NCBI GenBank assembly: GCA_028023455.1 | Contig: JAQFVV010000002.1 | Coordinates: forward strand, 15,686,001 to 15,750,000 | Source: Epiperipatus broadwayi | Lineage: Eukaryota > Animalia > Onychophora | Direction of reading: 5' to 3' | DNA length: 64,000 nucleotides | Part shown: in pieces, positions 1 through 13,083 of the stretch | Layout: every line of letters begins with the position of its first letter | How positions within the stretch are numbered: the stretch's first letter is position 1 | Made by a program: the position numbers and the translations under genes | Notes under the pieces: model-generated | What the model was told of the DNA's origin: nothing | Databases searched by the model: none | The model's input: only the letters and a program-made list of their open reading frames with translations

Positions 1-1981
1 TGGTTATTTATATGATAAAGTTGATTTATTAACATTTCAGTATGAATAAGTTTTACGTAGTTTAGCACAACAGTAAGGTGGTAAACTTAAGAGCTAAAAG
101 TTCATAAATTTGGTTTTCAATTGAGAGGAATAAATAGTTATCACAAGTGAATGGAATACTGTATTTAACCTTTTACTTAGACAATCAAATGTCACATGAC
201 TTTCCAGTAGATAATTACATTATTTTACATTATCATGCTTTTATTACTTCATTCTTTAAATAGTACTCATTTGATACTATTTGGATATTCTTGCTGCTCT
301 CTGCTAACTTAAGAATAAAATTAAAGATGAATGTTAATTAATCAGTTCTTTAATTATTGTAAATGGTCATATTAATTATTTATATACTATAGTATTTTTT
401 AAAAAAAAAGATGTGATAGAGAAACTTTTTTATTTCTTAGATTGAAAATGTTGTCTATTCTACAAATAAAAATTAGTAATAGTTACTTTTACATTAGGAT
501 GCCTTATTTTTTGGTATGTAATGATCTAGGATTCATAATATAGATGGGTGAATTTTTATCATTTTTATAGGTTGTAAACTAGTTTGTCTTTTTTTTTTCA
601 ATTAGAAACTTCTTCATAGCCAACATAGCTAGTGACCAGAAAATGGATATCCAGCTATTTTTAGCTAGAGGATAAATACCACAGATTAATATGGGTTGGT
701 CAAATGCTGTAGCTTTCATTACTGATGAGAGAAGAAAACATATTTTTGCAGGTGGTGAGGTCATAATTACTTTTACCTTCATATATTGAAAAAAAATGCT
801 TTCCTATTTTATAATTTAAAAGGCAACTGATTAATAAATAAAAATAAAACAGCATCTTATCAAACACATATACAATGAAGAATTTCACAAGTATAACTGA
901 TTGCCACAATCAGGAGTCTTAATGTATATTGGATACATTTTGTAAACAGGCTTAGAATGTTTTTTTCCAAGCAACTTGTCTATCCAGTTAATCAGCCAGT
1001 ATTGGTCAGTAATTGAGTATCTAGATATTATTAGCTGAAGAGCTAATCTATGTTAATCAGATGAGAATTGATACCCTGGATGTTAATCCATACATTCTTT
1101 TTATCTTTTAATGGTACAGCGTACATTAAAGTTTATAATATTACTAGAATGTAATTCAAAGAAGGTTCAAATTAGTTATGCCAACACCAATTTCTATTGT
1201 TATTCAGTTTCCCGATTGTTCTGGAGAAGCTACAATGCATTATTTTATTGTTGATGATTTTTTGTCTCCTTTTGAATTCTAAAAAAGTGTCCACTGATGC
1301 ATCTCTATATACCTGCACCATATAATAATATATTTGTCTCCTCTCATTCTTTTATCTTGTATTTTGTCTTGAAGAACATACTGTAAAAGGATATCAAGAT
1401 GCAAACAGAGACTTCTTCTCCATTCATTCATATATACTTTTTCTTGTAGAATTTGTTAATTTGACCTTTTATCTATCCATTTTGTTATCTCCATTTTACA
1501 GTAACATCACTTTTCTAATGGTATCAGGTGAATTGTTATTATTTTTTGTTTAAGATGCAGGTTTCTGTTGCATAAAGTGCAATTGAAAAAATGTAATAGG
1601 AAGTGAGACACCATCCTCAAAAGCCAAAATCATTCCCTAGATGCCAGTAATTTATTTTTTATTATAAGTTGGTCCAAGTAACAAAAGAACCTATTATTTT
1701 CTTAACATTAACTTTCATAATTTTTTTTTCAATATATAATTTGTTTGGATTTGAAAACCTGTAGGGATTTTGCTATACCCACAATGTTTGCCTGAAAATC
1801 TGAAAATTCTGTATTTATTGTTTTTAGACAGTTAATATCTCTTATATTTTCTATTAGCTTGGTTTAATATTCTCTCTGACGAGGCATTAAAGAAACAGCA
1901 AACATCTCTACATAATCTCTCAGTTCATACTGGATCCGTTAATCCCTCATTCAGCAATTTCTCTATCTAATAGGCCTTTGG

Positions 1982-2221
1982 CTTGTGTACTAAACATGCG
2001 ATGGAGGCCATTTCACATATATAATATTGCTATTGAAAGAAAATAAACTCTGCGATGTATATTGAAAAACGTGATTTTCTTTTTCAAAACCTGCTTTGAT
2101 TGGAGTTATTTGGCTTGATTTCTATTAGTCATATGCAGAAACTTTTTTTTTTTCAAAATCGCAATATTATACATGTGAAAAGAGTTCCTATCTTCTCTTC
2201 GTTACATGTTTAGTACACAAG
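1982..2221. repeat. Fold-back / MITE-like element
   Basis: Perfect 17-bp terminal inverted repeat cttgtgtactaaacatg (1982-1998 / 2205-2221), plus a second inverted block ttcacat(a/g)tataatattgc (2011-2030 / 2161-2180). No clear TSD. Confidence 0.7.
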
Positions 2222-3259
2222 TACTCTTTTTAAATATTATTGTTAGAATTAAAAAGCTTCGACTTAACAGAATATACAAAATATTAATTTCTGTTTTAAA
2301 TCGTGAATAATTTTTATGACTACATTTAATTCAAAATTTTAATACAAACAATATGTTTTTTTCTCTATAGACCAATAAATAAATTTTACAGCCAAAACTT
2401 ATTTTTATAAATAGATAGACAATAAACGTGCAAATTTGATAATTCTGTTTTTTTAAAAAACAATAAATTACATCAACATAGAATAATTATCTTTTTAGAG
2501 TTAAAAAAATGAATTTTGAGAATTTAACAATTACTTTCTAAAACACAATTAGAATGATATGATATTTTAAACATTCTTTTGCTATTACAAAGATTTCATA
2601 ATTTACCGAAAGCAATAAACTAGCTAAATAACTCCAGGTATCCATCGTACAATAAACGAAACATTAAACTCCCACAATATAGCTAAGATTTGCAGATATA
2701 ACTAGATAAAACTTTTAAAAATTCATTTTAATTTAAGTGTTAATTACTGTTTTTTTTTTTAAATATTTACAATAACAATATTTTATTTTAGTAAAAGAAA
2801 ATCTATATCAACCAAATAATCAATTGAGCTAAAGGGGAAATATAAAATTTTTGAATGATTTTTAGAAATATGTTTTGAGGACAATTACTACGTGATTGTA
2901 TTTGTTAATTTATATATGTATTTAGTGGGGGAAAAAGTGATGAAAAAACTGACCAATCTGCTGACAATATTCTGTGTAAATTTAAAATGTAACTAATATC
3001 TACATTTTATATATATTGTAATGTTTCTGAGGAATAAAGCATCAGTGTAAATGTAGAGGAAAATAGAATCACTAAATAAAATAAATTCTTCTGTAACCAA
3101 AATTAATATTGGAATTATAATCCAAGACAAATATGTTATCTTACAACTATATCTCTTGGGCAAGTTAAATTATTATAATATATCACTCTACATTAACATA
3201 TGACAATTTGAAGTTTAATCCCTAATTATCATATACATCACACAACGTAGCATAAAGTT

Positions 3260-3376
3260 GTCAAGCGTTGTTAGCCGAGAGGTCATCACAGCTGCCTAAA
3301 AAACAATTATTTGGTTGCAGACGGTTGTGGGTTCGCCTCCCGGCCGATGCTATGACATATGGGGAAAAAAAAAACA
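3260..3376 (+). mobile_element. tRNA-Gly-derived SINE (expanded anticodon-region subfamily)
   Basis: gtcaagcgttg...gggttcgcctcccggccgatgctatgacatatgg plus A-tail; 12-bp TSD tagcataaagtt at 3248-3259 and 3377-3388. Confidence 0.9.
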
Positions 3377-4019
3377 TAGCATAAAGTTAATAGTGCATAG
3401 AATTGAGAACAACAAAGATGTAAAAAAAACTTTAAATATTAGCAAACAAATTAATTTATAATAGAAATAGAATTAAAATATGATTCAAAATGAGCATTTG
3501 CATTCGTAAATCAAATAATCTTGTTATTCATAATAATTATAAAATTTATATATAGATACTGTATCCCTTATTTCTATGACAAATATGAGCTAAAATTCTG
3601 CAGATTTTGTATAAGGGGTAGTCTATACTGCCATTTGATTTTAAAGATAGGTAAACTATTAGGCATTGTTTTTTCCTATCATCTAAAATTGAAATGTGAG
3701 TTTTTAATCCTGTTATCTTCAAATACATATTATGTCAAGAAGAGAAACAAAATATTGCACTTCAAATATTAATAAATAGTAAATACTAAGCAATGAAATA
3801 TACAATGGTTTAAATATTAAAGTAAAAATAATAATAATAAAACTATAAACTGAGTTAAACGAATAAATATAAATGTTCTCTAGGGAGATTCTAGAGTTTG
3901 AATTCTAACGGAACTTCATAGATTTACATGCAACTTTTGAATCTTGTAGGTTAGTTAGAATTTGGAAGATCAGATGTCCTGAAGTGCTCACCCTAGATTT
4001 CTCAAATTCTTTTTAATAT

Positions 4020-5410
4020 ATATAATCTAATGAGCTTCTCTTATATTGACAATCTTTTTTCTTCTTTGATGTTTTTTTTCTTCAGAGCAACAGTTACAGT
4101 TTTATTATATCTCCACAATAGATGATTTGGAAGTTAGGTCTTTTATATGTGGTAGGTCACATCATGAAAAAGACAGGCTGGAATTAAAAAAACTGGAAAA
4201 AGTATTTTAGAAAGTCAGTAAGGCTACATCTTGACAAGACAGATTACAACCGGCATCCTAGAGAATGTAGTTACTTATTTTGAAGACTGCAACAATGTAT
4301 TAAAACTTTTTCATATTGCTCTGGTAAAATTTAAGCATTTTGTTTTTACATGGATTATCAGGTCTTTTTGCTTGACAACCATTATTTCTTACATTTCATG
4401 ATAAAATATTTCTGGACCTTATACACAGACTTGTATAACTAATTTTAGAATATTTATTTCATATATATATATATATGTAATATATTTACAATAATGTTGA
4501 TAAAACATAAGCCTGATATGTTGGCTAAAGTATAGCATTTGGCTGCCATTCTAACATAAGGAACTGCACATGTACTTCTAGGTTTACTTAACACTTTCAG
4601 TTGTACCATGATGGTTTGCCTCATGGATAGGTATGGTGACAGTTCCAGCTGTTCTATGACAGCTAGCTTCATGTCTAGTTTATGTTCTAGAAGCTTTAAA
4701 ATTTAGAGTAAACTTATAAAGTGGACAATGTGCATACTGCTGTTTAGCTCTGAAAGTAATTTGCTGTTGTTTCTCTTTACCTTCAACTGGACTGACTATT
4801 CCTAGTGAGATTCCCATCCATAATGTGAGCATTCAGATTCACTGAACATCATCACTCATTAGCCTGTTTCTGTTACTGAATATATTTTATCTGTTCATAT
4901 ATCTATTGGTCTGTGGCAATGAATGCTCAATCCAATTAAGATAAGCTAGAATTTGGACTAGTTCCTTGGTTGAAGATAAGTTGAAATATAACATATATTA
5001 GCACATTTCTTTTTTCTTTGAGGTTTCTTCTTCCAGCAGCAATTACTTTTATTATATATCTTCTTAATGCAAGAAATTGGCAGTTACATCTTTTATATAT
5101 TGTTGGTCATATCATGAGAAAGGCAGGCTGGTTAAAAAAAAATCTGGAAAATCAGTTCAGGCTACATTGTGATAAGATGCATTACAACTGCTACATCTGG
5201 TGAATGTAGTTACTTATTTTGGAGGCTGCAGCAATGTATTAAAACTTTTCCACACTGCACTGGTATACTAAAAGACTTTGTTTCTACATGGATTGCACTG
5301 GTACACTATAAGCACTTTGTTTCTACATGGATTATCAGGATCTTTTTACTTGGCAATGATTATTTCTTAAATTTAAGGATGCAACTTTTCTGGTCACTAT
5401 TCTAGAAATT
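4020..5410 (-). mobile_element. Two diverged tandem copies of a decayed, probably LINE (endonuclease-region) fragment
   Basis: ~4080-4430 aligns with ~5020-5400 (e.g. gaatgtagttacttatttt, aatgtattaaaacttttc, ctacatggattatcagg). Minus-strand translation is only weakly APE-like and full of stops. Confidence 0.35.
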
Positions 5411-6179
5411 GATTGACTTCCAATTTTTAAGTCTTGCTTAAATAGTTTCTATATGACATCATTAAAAACAGTTATTGAAGCCAATGATACATAATTAAGT
5501 GCATATGTACTAATCTACAAATTGCAACTCCACTAACTAAGTGAATGTTTTTCTGCTTATCAGAAAATATGCTTTATTATCTACTTCACATCTATTGGTT
5601 AAAATACTACTTACCAAACTCAAAACAACATAAAATTTCAATCAATAATATTTTTGAAATACAAGCATAATTTTCAGATATTTGGAGTTTAAATGTAATA
5701 TAGGGGATTTGAACGCAGACTTGAAAGTCTGTGTTTATATTCCGTGTATTAAATTTCAATCAATTTAAAATCGTGTAAATTTGACATTAAAAATCTTTTT
5801 TTTTTTCCAAACATTGTAAACTATTTCAATTTTATGAACTTATATAAGTTTTGAATGATACTATTTATGCTCTTATAGAAGGAAATTCTAAGAATACTGA
5901 AGTGCATTTTTTACTTCCAATATTAACATTTCCATATTCACATTAATTCATTAATTTTAGACAATTATTATTATTATTATTATTTTAAAACCAAATTTCT
6001 TAATTTTTTTTTAATAACACATATCTGAGATCAATAATACATTTGGAAATAAGAAAATGTTCATTTATGCCATAATAGTTTAAAATTTAATTGTCAGTAG
6101 AGTTATATATAATAAGCACCTACATTATAACACAATATATATTTCCATATGTATCATACAATACTAGGTGTAATTTTTC

Positions 6180-6620
6180 ACTTTTCCAACACAATTAATT
6201 ATTGATTCCTTTCTTCCTCACCACATACATAGTCTTCTAGAATCATTTAAACTGCAATTGTTAGCTTCATTAATTTTCAGTATTTCTGTTGTTTTATTTC
6301 GTTTTTTGGATCCTTTCTATCTCAGTTAAAAATTGAAATAGATATTGTAGAAGCTGGAACACTTGGCTGGAAAGATAAAAAAGTTTTTGATTATGAAATT
6401 AATACAATAACTTTTATTTTTCTAGCCAATCAATTAAATGGGTGCCTTATGCTGCTGAATGTGATTGCAGAGTAATAGATGATGAGCCAGATGTTCAATA
6501 ATGTATTCTCTGATGAATAGCATAAAAAATTGAATCGGCCTAAGTAAATGAAATTGTTAAGACACTTATTATGCCCCAAGAATATTTAAAGGTCACATGA
6601 TATTCCAAAGCAATTAACAA
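6180..6620 (-). mobile_element. Highly decayed non-LTR reverse-transcriptase C-terminal fragment
   Basis: Minus-strand pieces FIYLG, TEIERIQK and TTEILKINEANNCSLNDSRR resemble LINE RT thumb motifs (KYLG / LERIQ / TP..L..EA...L..RR); multiple stops. Confidence 0.3.
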
Positions 6621-7139
6621 TATCATTAATCAAGATGTTATACTCTGGTATCTCTTTAATGCATAAACATTATTTTCATTTACAGAACAAACAACCACAA
6701 ATTTATTTAGGAAGGATATATATTGTTATAGTATAATTGGATATATAAATATATTTAAAAGCCTAATTTTAGTTTAGAAGATCTATACTTTTTATCATAA
6801 ATTTGACAGAATTGACTTCTCAGTATTATATGATAAGCATCTATTTAAGTAGTACCATACCTGTGCAATACAACACATGATCAGCATTAATACTAATTTG
6901 CCCTATTAATTTCTCATAATCATATGATAAGCATCTATTTACAGAATTCTACCAAAGCAACAGCATTTGATCATTATTAGTAGTATTTAGCCCTAACACA
7001 ATTTATTCTAGCATTTCATTTTTAGAATCATATTAAAAACTTTAATAAGATTTTAAGTTAATTAAAAGTGTTTTTGTTAGATTGGTATATTAATGAAAAT
7101 AATTTTAGCTGAAAAACTTATTAATTAAAAAAATAGGTA

Positions 7140-7470
7140 AAATTTTTATTTACCTGAAGGTTTGCAATGATGGTATTTTAGATATGATAATGTGTTGGAC
7201 TATTTTCATCATGTTGAATATCTAAATAAATGGAAACTTTATTTAAACCTTTTCAAATACAAACAACTTTTAGTAATAACATACAAATAGATAACACAGG
7301 TTAGTAGATCATACAACATTTTGAGTGGTATTATTTTCTGCTCACCTTCAGTTGTTGCTGACCTGACCACTGACAAATGTAGCATATGAGTTGATCTTAC
7401 AGTTTTAGATTCATGAAATATTGAATTTTAAGGCAACACTCTAACCATTTAAGCTATTTTGTCAAAGGTC
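7140..7470 (-). mobile_element. Family B: tRNA-Phe-headed SINE with hammerhead motif (full-length copy)
   Basis: Reverse complement starts gacctttgacaaaatagcttaaatggttagagtgttg...gaatctaaaactgtaagatc, followed by the decayed HHR ctgaagg-t-gagcag..ccactc-aaaa-tgttg and a 3' tail shared with the 34975 locus. Confidence 0.75.
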
Positions 7471-7700
7471 TGTACTAGTATTGTCACTGGTCAGGTCAGC
7501 AATAACTGAAGAAGAGTGGAGAATAATACCACTCAAAATGTTGAGTAATCTACTAATCTGTAATGGTCTATTTATGTGTTATAAGTAACAGTCATTTGTA
7601 TTTTGAAAAGTTTAAATAAAGTTTAACATTTTTTTAGACATTCATCATTTAATGACAGATGATGGAAATAGCCCAACATATTAGTACATTAAAAATTTTG
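7471..7700 (+). mobile_element. Family B: 5'-truncated copy, head-to-head with the previous one
   Basis: CTGAAGA 7506-7512; stem II gagtgg (7514-19) / ccactc (7529-34); aaaa in place of GAAA (7535-38). Its ~200 nt is the inverted counterpart of 7180-7380. Confidence 0.8.
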
Positions 7701-8469
7701 TTTATTTTAATGTTCTGAATTAATTATAATGACATCTTTGAGCTATTATATAAATTATTAAAGTATATATGTGAAAAGGCAAACTTCTTTTTATTTAATT
7801 AATTATATAATTTTAGTAGTTTTTAGAAAAAAATAATTATGATTAACAAACACAATCTGAAACAATTAACTTAATTATTCTGAAAACATAAATGAATGTA
7901 ACAATCAAGCATCAGAAATGATAATATGAGATGTGATTCAGGTGTTTTTAGCTTTTGAGCCTGTAATTCTAGCGTAGTGCTAAATTATCTTTTATGGCTT
8001 GTGGTAAACTGACACACTCAAGGGGTAAAGATTTTTGAATGAGAGCACAATTTGGTGCTTGAACACCACCCACCTTTCATTTGATTATTATTCTGAGAAA
8101 TGTTTATAATTAAGATAAATGCAAATGTATTAGGAAATGCACATATTTGAATGAGTTTATGTACCTAAATAAATGACTTTATTACTTAGGAGTACATAAG
8201 TTTGAGTGCTAGAAGTATTAGATCTGGAATTAATTTAAGAATCTTATAAACAATCTAACAGGCTATCACTATACTAAATCACATAAGACATTAAATCTCA
8301 TTGCAATTTATCAATTGATCAATTGGAGCAGTATCTATTAGGATAAAAGAAGAAATACAATATAGTACTTTACCCTTTTGAATTATTTTTTAATGTTTAA
8401 GTATTAGTTAATTGAAAATGTAATTTGAAGGCAGTATGTAACTTGTACTGAATGTTTCATATATGTAAA

Positions 8470-8850
8470 TAGAAGAATTTAAACTCAGGTTTTTTCAGGT
8501 TATTCATCTTCAACTCCTTCTCAAGCAACCAATACACTTGACCATACACATGTAAAAAATACATGATCCCTAATATGTGTATTTTATGCAGAACTAGCAC
8601 TCATCAGTTAGACCAGATCATAATGTTCCACATATAAAACTGAAGAATTGCTATCTTAATATAAACTAGGCATTGATTGTATGAAAGATTATGATCTGGC
8701 CCAACTGATGAGTGCTGGTTCTGCACAAAAGAGATATATTTGGGATCACATATTTTTTTTACATGTGGGTGGTTATGTATAGTGCTTGCTTGAAATGGAA
8801 TGGAGAATGTTTAGACTGAAAAATCCTGACTTCAAATCCCTCTACTTAAC
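8470..8850. mobile_element. Family C: inverted pair of decayed hammerhead-bearing repeats
   Basis: Plus arm: cccaa-CTGATGA(8705-11)-gtgc-tggttct-gcac-aaaa...ttggg. Minus arm (8568-8611): ctaa-CTGATGA-gtgc-tagttct-gcat-aaaa...ttagg. Arms are separated by ~65 nt. Confidence 0.7.
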
Positions 8851-9920
8851 TGAAAATATTAAGTCTATCTTTTTGTAGATTAAACATTTTTGCCTTTATA
8901 TAATTGTGTTCATGCATTTGTTTTACAAAATTTGCCTTTAAATATTTTTTGGATTAAAATGAAGAGCAAGTGAAGTGAACTTAAATGATTATTTCAACTT
9001 TTTAGATTTGTAGATCATGTGGTTCTTTTTTCAAACAATATTAAGAGCTGCAGAAAATATTAGAATAACGATCACATGAAATAATTAAAGTAGCTGAAAA
9101 TAAAAACTATTTAAAAGTTTAACAGTCAAAGAGGTTTTTAAAAAAAATGGAGAAAATATAATTTGTTAATTAACAACTATGAATACTTCAAATTATTAAT
9201 ACAAATAAAACATAAGGAAAGAAATTAAGGTAATATTGGCAATAGATTCCGTTTAATATTGAAAAGAAATATGGTTTTGAATTTACAATTATGTTTTACC
9301 AACGTTTACATATGTGATTGAGAATTGAACAATAGAGAAAAATACAATACAGATTGCTGTTTAATGTCAATCATAAAGATATGAACATTACATTTACCGG
9401 AAGTAATTGAAAATGCACTCTTTTAGAAAAAAAAAAAAAAAACGATACATCGCTGGTATTATTAAAAAAATAAAACTAAGATAGAGGGGATATGTTGTTC
9501 GAACAACAAAAGTTCCACATGAGAATTCAAAAGAATATATAAGATCTAAAGGAAAGACTTTTAAGATGATTAAATAATAGTTTTTAAAATAATATATATT
9601 AAAAAAAGATCTATGGATAAATACTGGATTAAACTCAGAGAGACTTTTATTCAAAGTAGATTGATTATAGTTGAGTTATGACAATGACTATATTCCTATA
9701 AATATTGACAATCAATAAAAAAATTAAAACAAATATAAAATCTATTTAATAAACATCTAAATATAAAATCTATTTTATGTTTGATATTACATCCTTTTAT
9801 GCAATATTTTAATCTTTGCAATTTATATTATTTAAATATATTATACTGTATATAAATAGATAATTTCCATGCATTTACTTTTATTTAGGATATACGTGCA
9901 ATTTATATAAATCTAACGTT

Positions 9921-10088
9921 TGTAACCATTCAGAAGAAAATAAATCTTTACACATGCCCTGTTTATTTATAGTGTATGAATTTTACACGCACTCTCCCGT
10001 AAATAAGAGTTTTAAAAGAATAAGTGAATTCATACAGTATAAATAAACAGTGCATGTGTGAAGGTTTATTTCTTTCTGAATAGTTACA
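9921..10088. repeat. Fold-back / MITE-like element
   Basis: ~65-bp imperfect inverted arms (tgtaaccattcagaag...cacatgccctgtttatttatagtgtatgaatt and its complement) around a ~40-nt spacer. Confidence 0.7.
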
Positions 10089-12605
10089 GATAGATATTGC
10101 AATGAATAAATAGTTATTGATTTATATAAATCTAATATTTGTAAATCGATATTTGTGAAATGAGTATTTATCATATAAGTATACAGGAATTGTTTAAATA
10201 CTTACTTAAAAATAATATAGCAGTATGATAAAGAGGAACAAAAAAGTTTCATTAGCAGTAATATATTTTATATAATTTTAAAAGCTAACTAACATTACCT
10301 CTTTGTTCTATCATTTAAATAAAAAAGAAAAAGTATTTTATTAGAAATCATTAATAATTTTGTCATACTGTTCAAACTTTAATAGTAAAAGAAAAGAGTC
10401 ACATAGTTTTAAATCATTAGCAACAAATTAAAATTAGTTTTTTATATATCCATGACATTTAGTTCCAAATCATGTGATGGATGTCAAAATTCTCAGATAA
10501 TAGTGAACCGTATTCTATATGCATTTTTAATACATACAAATAGGTGTGTGTATGCAATAGTAACAAAAAAATAATGAAAAAAATAATATTTTTATTAATT
10601 TCTAATTTTTTAAAATATTTTATTTAGTATTTTTGTCTTCATGGTTAATTTTAAATGTGAAAAAAATTGTCAATAGAAGGTAGGAAATTTTACCATTTTA
10701 AATTGAATAATTTAATTTAAAATACAAAAAAAAAAAGTTATAACATTTTTACATTCATTAACTGTAGAATAAACATTATTAATTATAAAAGTGTTAATTA
10801 CAAAATATAATAATTTTAAATATTATTAGAAATAGGATATTTATAAAAATGTTCTATAAATATAACCATTCAAATAACAGTCACACTTCAATGTATTATG
10901 GCATAAATTGGTTAAAGCAACGGAGTTTGGAGTGAACTGTAAGTATTAAGCTATCTATACTTAATTTTTTTTTCAGATATAAACATCAGAGCTATTTATT
11001 TACAGTTTTATCATTTTAAAAACTATTTTTACTGATAAATAAGTATACGACTTTATTTATATTGTTTTTATTTAAGATTCTAAAATATTATGTTTACAAT
11101 TTATTTCAGAAATAAAATGATTATTATATTTGATAAGACAAACATTTTGTTTATCTCTTCTATATTTAAAATTACTTATAAAACAAAAATGAATATTATT
11201 TGGAAAAGAATGGACATTTTTTTATATTGAAAAATAAAAACGTATTTATACAGTTTTAGAAGAAAACAAAGTATAGTATTGGATATGTTCTAGTATGAGT
11301 AAAGTTAATTTTATTTTCTTTACCAAAAAAATAAAATAACTCAATTTTGTTTATACAATTACAAGACAAACAAAATAGTTTTAGCTTTTCGACAAAAAAA
11401 CAACAACTCCAGTGTGTAAAGCAACTAATAGAAAATACCTACATGAATTTATTTATATTGGAGAATATTTAAATAATTAATAATAACAAATAAATTAATA
11501 ATGATAAAATTAAACTAATAATAATAACTTGTCAGTTTCCATTAAAATTTAATTCTTCAAATACCCATTAAAACTAAAAATATATAAAACTGTTGTAAAC
11601 AATCCAAAATGATCTTCTGTTACACTGAATACATAACCATTAAAATGTATTCTCTGTCAACATTATGAAATTTATGCAAATTTTGAACATTTACTTGTTC
11701 AAAATGAGACATACAACTCTATTACAGGTTATCAAAAGAATATGTTCTAACATGCAATCAGATATGTTTCCAATATAAATCTGTGTAGATAAAGTTGACA
11801 TATTAAATAAATATCATATTTAAAAAATAAATATTTGAGTGTATCTAATTGTTTTCTGCCCAATATTATTTGCAATATGCTTTTGAGAAAGCAAAGTAGA
11901 GAAAGCACAACTCTAATTGACTCCTCATATTGTAAATTATATGATATCACGATAGAAGTATTTATAAATCAATAGTAGAATATTATAGAAAAAATGTAGA
12001 TAAATAATATAATAGATAATTAAATCTATGTAATTATCTTTTTCTTTATATAATAAATTTTCTAAACGAAAAAAAATATTATTCAATACTTACAAAATTA
12101 ATTCCTCATACAGTTATCATTTTGCAATATTTAATTTTTATTTATTAATAATTTTTTATTTAAATCTTTAAAAAATAATTTAAACAACTGAAATGTCAGA
12201 TTACTTAATAAAATTTGAATATTGCAAAAAGTAGTGTAAAAATTGACTTATAACTTTTAAAAAAATTGATAAGAAGCAGGTATCTCTAAATAAAATAGGG
12301 CATCTTAATAACTCTATCAAAATCACTATACAATGCCGACATGATTGCAAAACAAAAATTTAAATGATGTGAAATAGCAGATTTATATAAGTAAATTATG
12401 ACCAGTAATTGCAACAACTTTACTAAACAATGAAAAGTACATTACTTCTGAAGATAATAAAATTGGAAACAGTTTAAATTTTACAAATAAATTAAATCAA
12501 TAACAAACAAGCACGGGCTTCTATTTTAAAAATAACTCCTTAATTTCAACATACTGTATATACAAAACAAATCACATGCTAACTTTTTTATAAATCTTGA
12601 TTTAT

Positions 12606-12958
12606 TATATGAACAATGTGCGTTAAATAAATTTATAATTACAACTTTAAATCATCGTAATAGATTTCTAACTATAAGATCTTTCCATTGACTTGTAAAT
12701 CGAAAGATTTTGCAAGTACTAATGTATAATAGGAATTGTAGACTTAATCAGTGAAGTATCGAATAGCTTCACGCTCTCAGATCTAACCACTTCAGCTTCA
12801 CCTATTTATATAGAAAGTGGGTTGAAAGTAAAGAAGGGTTTCCATCTTTTCTTTCAATGCGTAAGCTTGTGGTTAAGACCTATAGAGGTCCCTACATTCA
12901 CACTTTCAACGGCACAGCTTTAGGTTTATTGCCTTAATAAATATTACTTATATGAACT
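12606..12958. repeat. Family F unclassified repeat copy
   Basis: taagcttgtggttaagacctatagaggtccctac (~12862-12895) and gccttaataaatattactta match 22231-22320; aatgtgcgttaaataaatttata (~12615) matches ~22335. Confidence 0.6.
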
Positions 12959-12960
12959 AT

Positions 12961-13083
12961 TACAAAGTACAAAAAGTACTCCAATATTTCTTTTATAGTC
13001 TTTATTAAGGAACAAATAAACAATACAGAAAAGACAATAAACATAAATACAAATATTCCACAATAATCCAAATACATATACTA
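12961..13083 (-). mobile_element. Inverted copy of the 3' region of the adjacent Penelope-like element
   Basis: Reverse complement (tatatgtatttggattattgtggaatatttgtatttatg...ataaagactata) aligns with ~14050-14175. Confidence 0.8.

Noticed and set aside
1876-1895. CTGACGA...GAAA hammerhead-like words
   Set aside because: The intervening ggcattaaa cannot form stem II, and there is no stem I.
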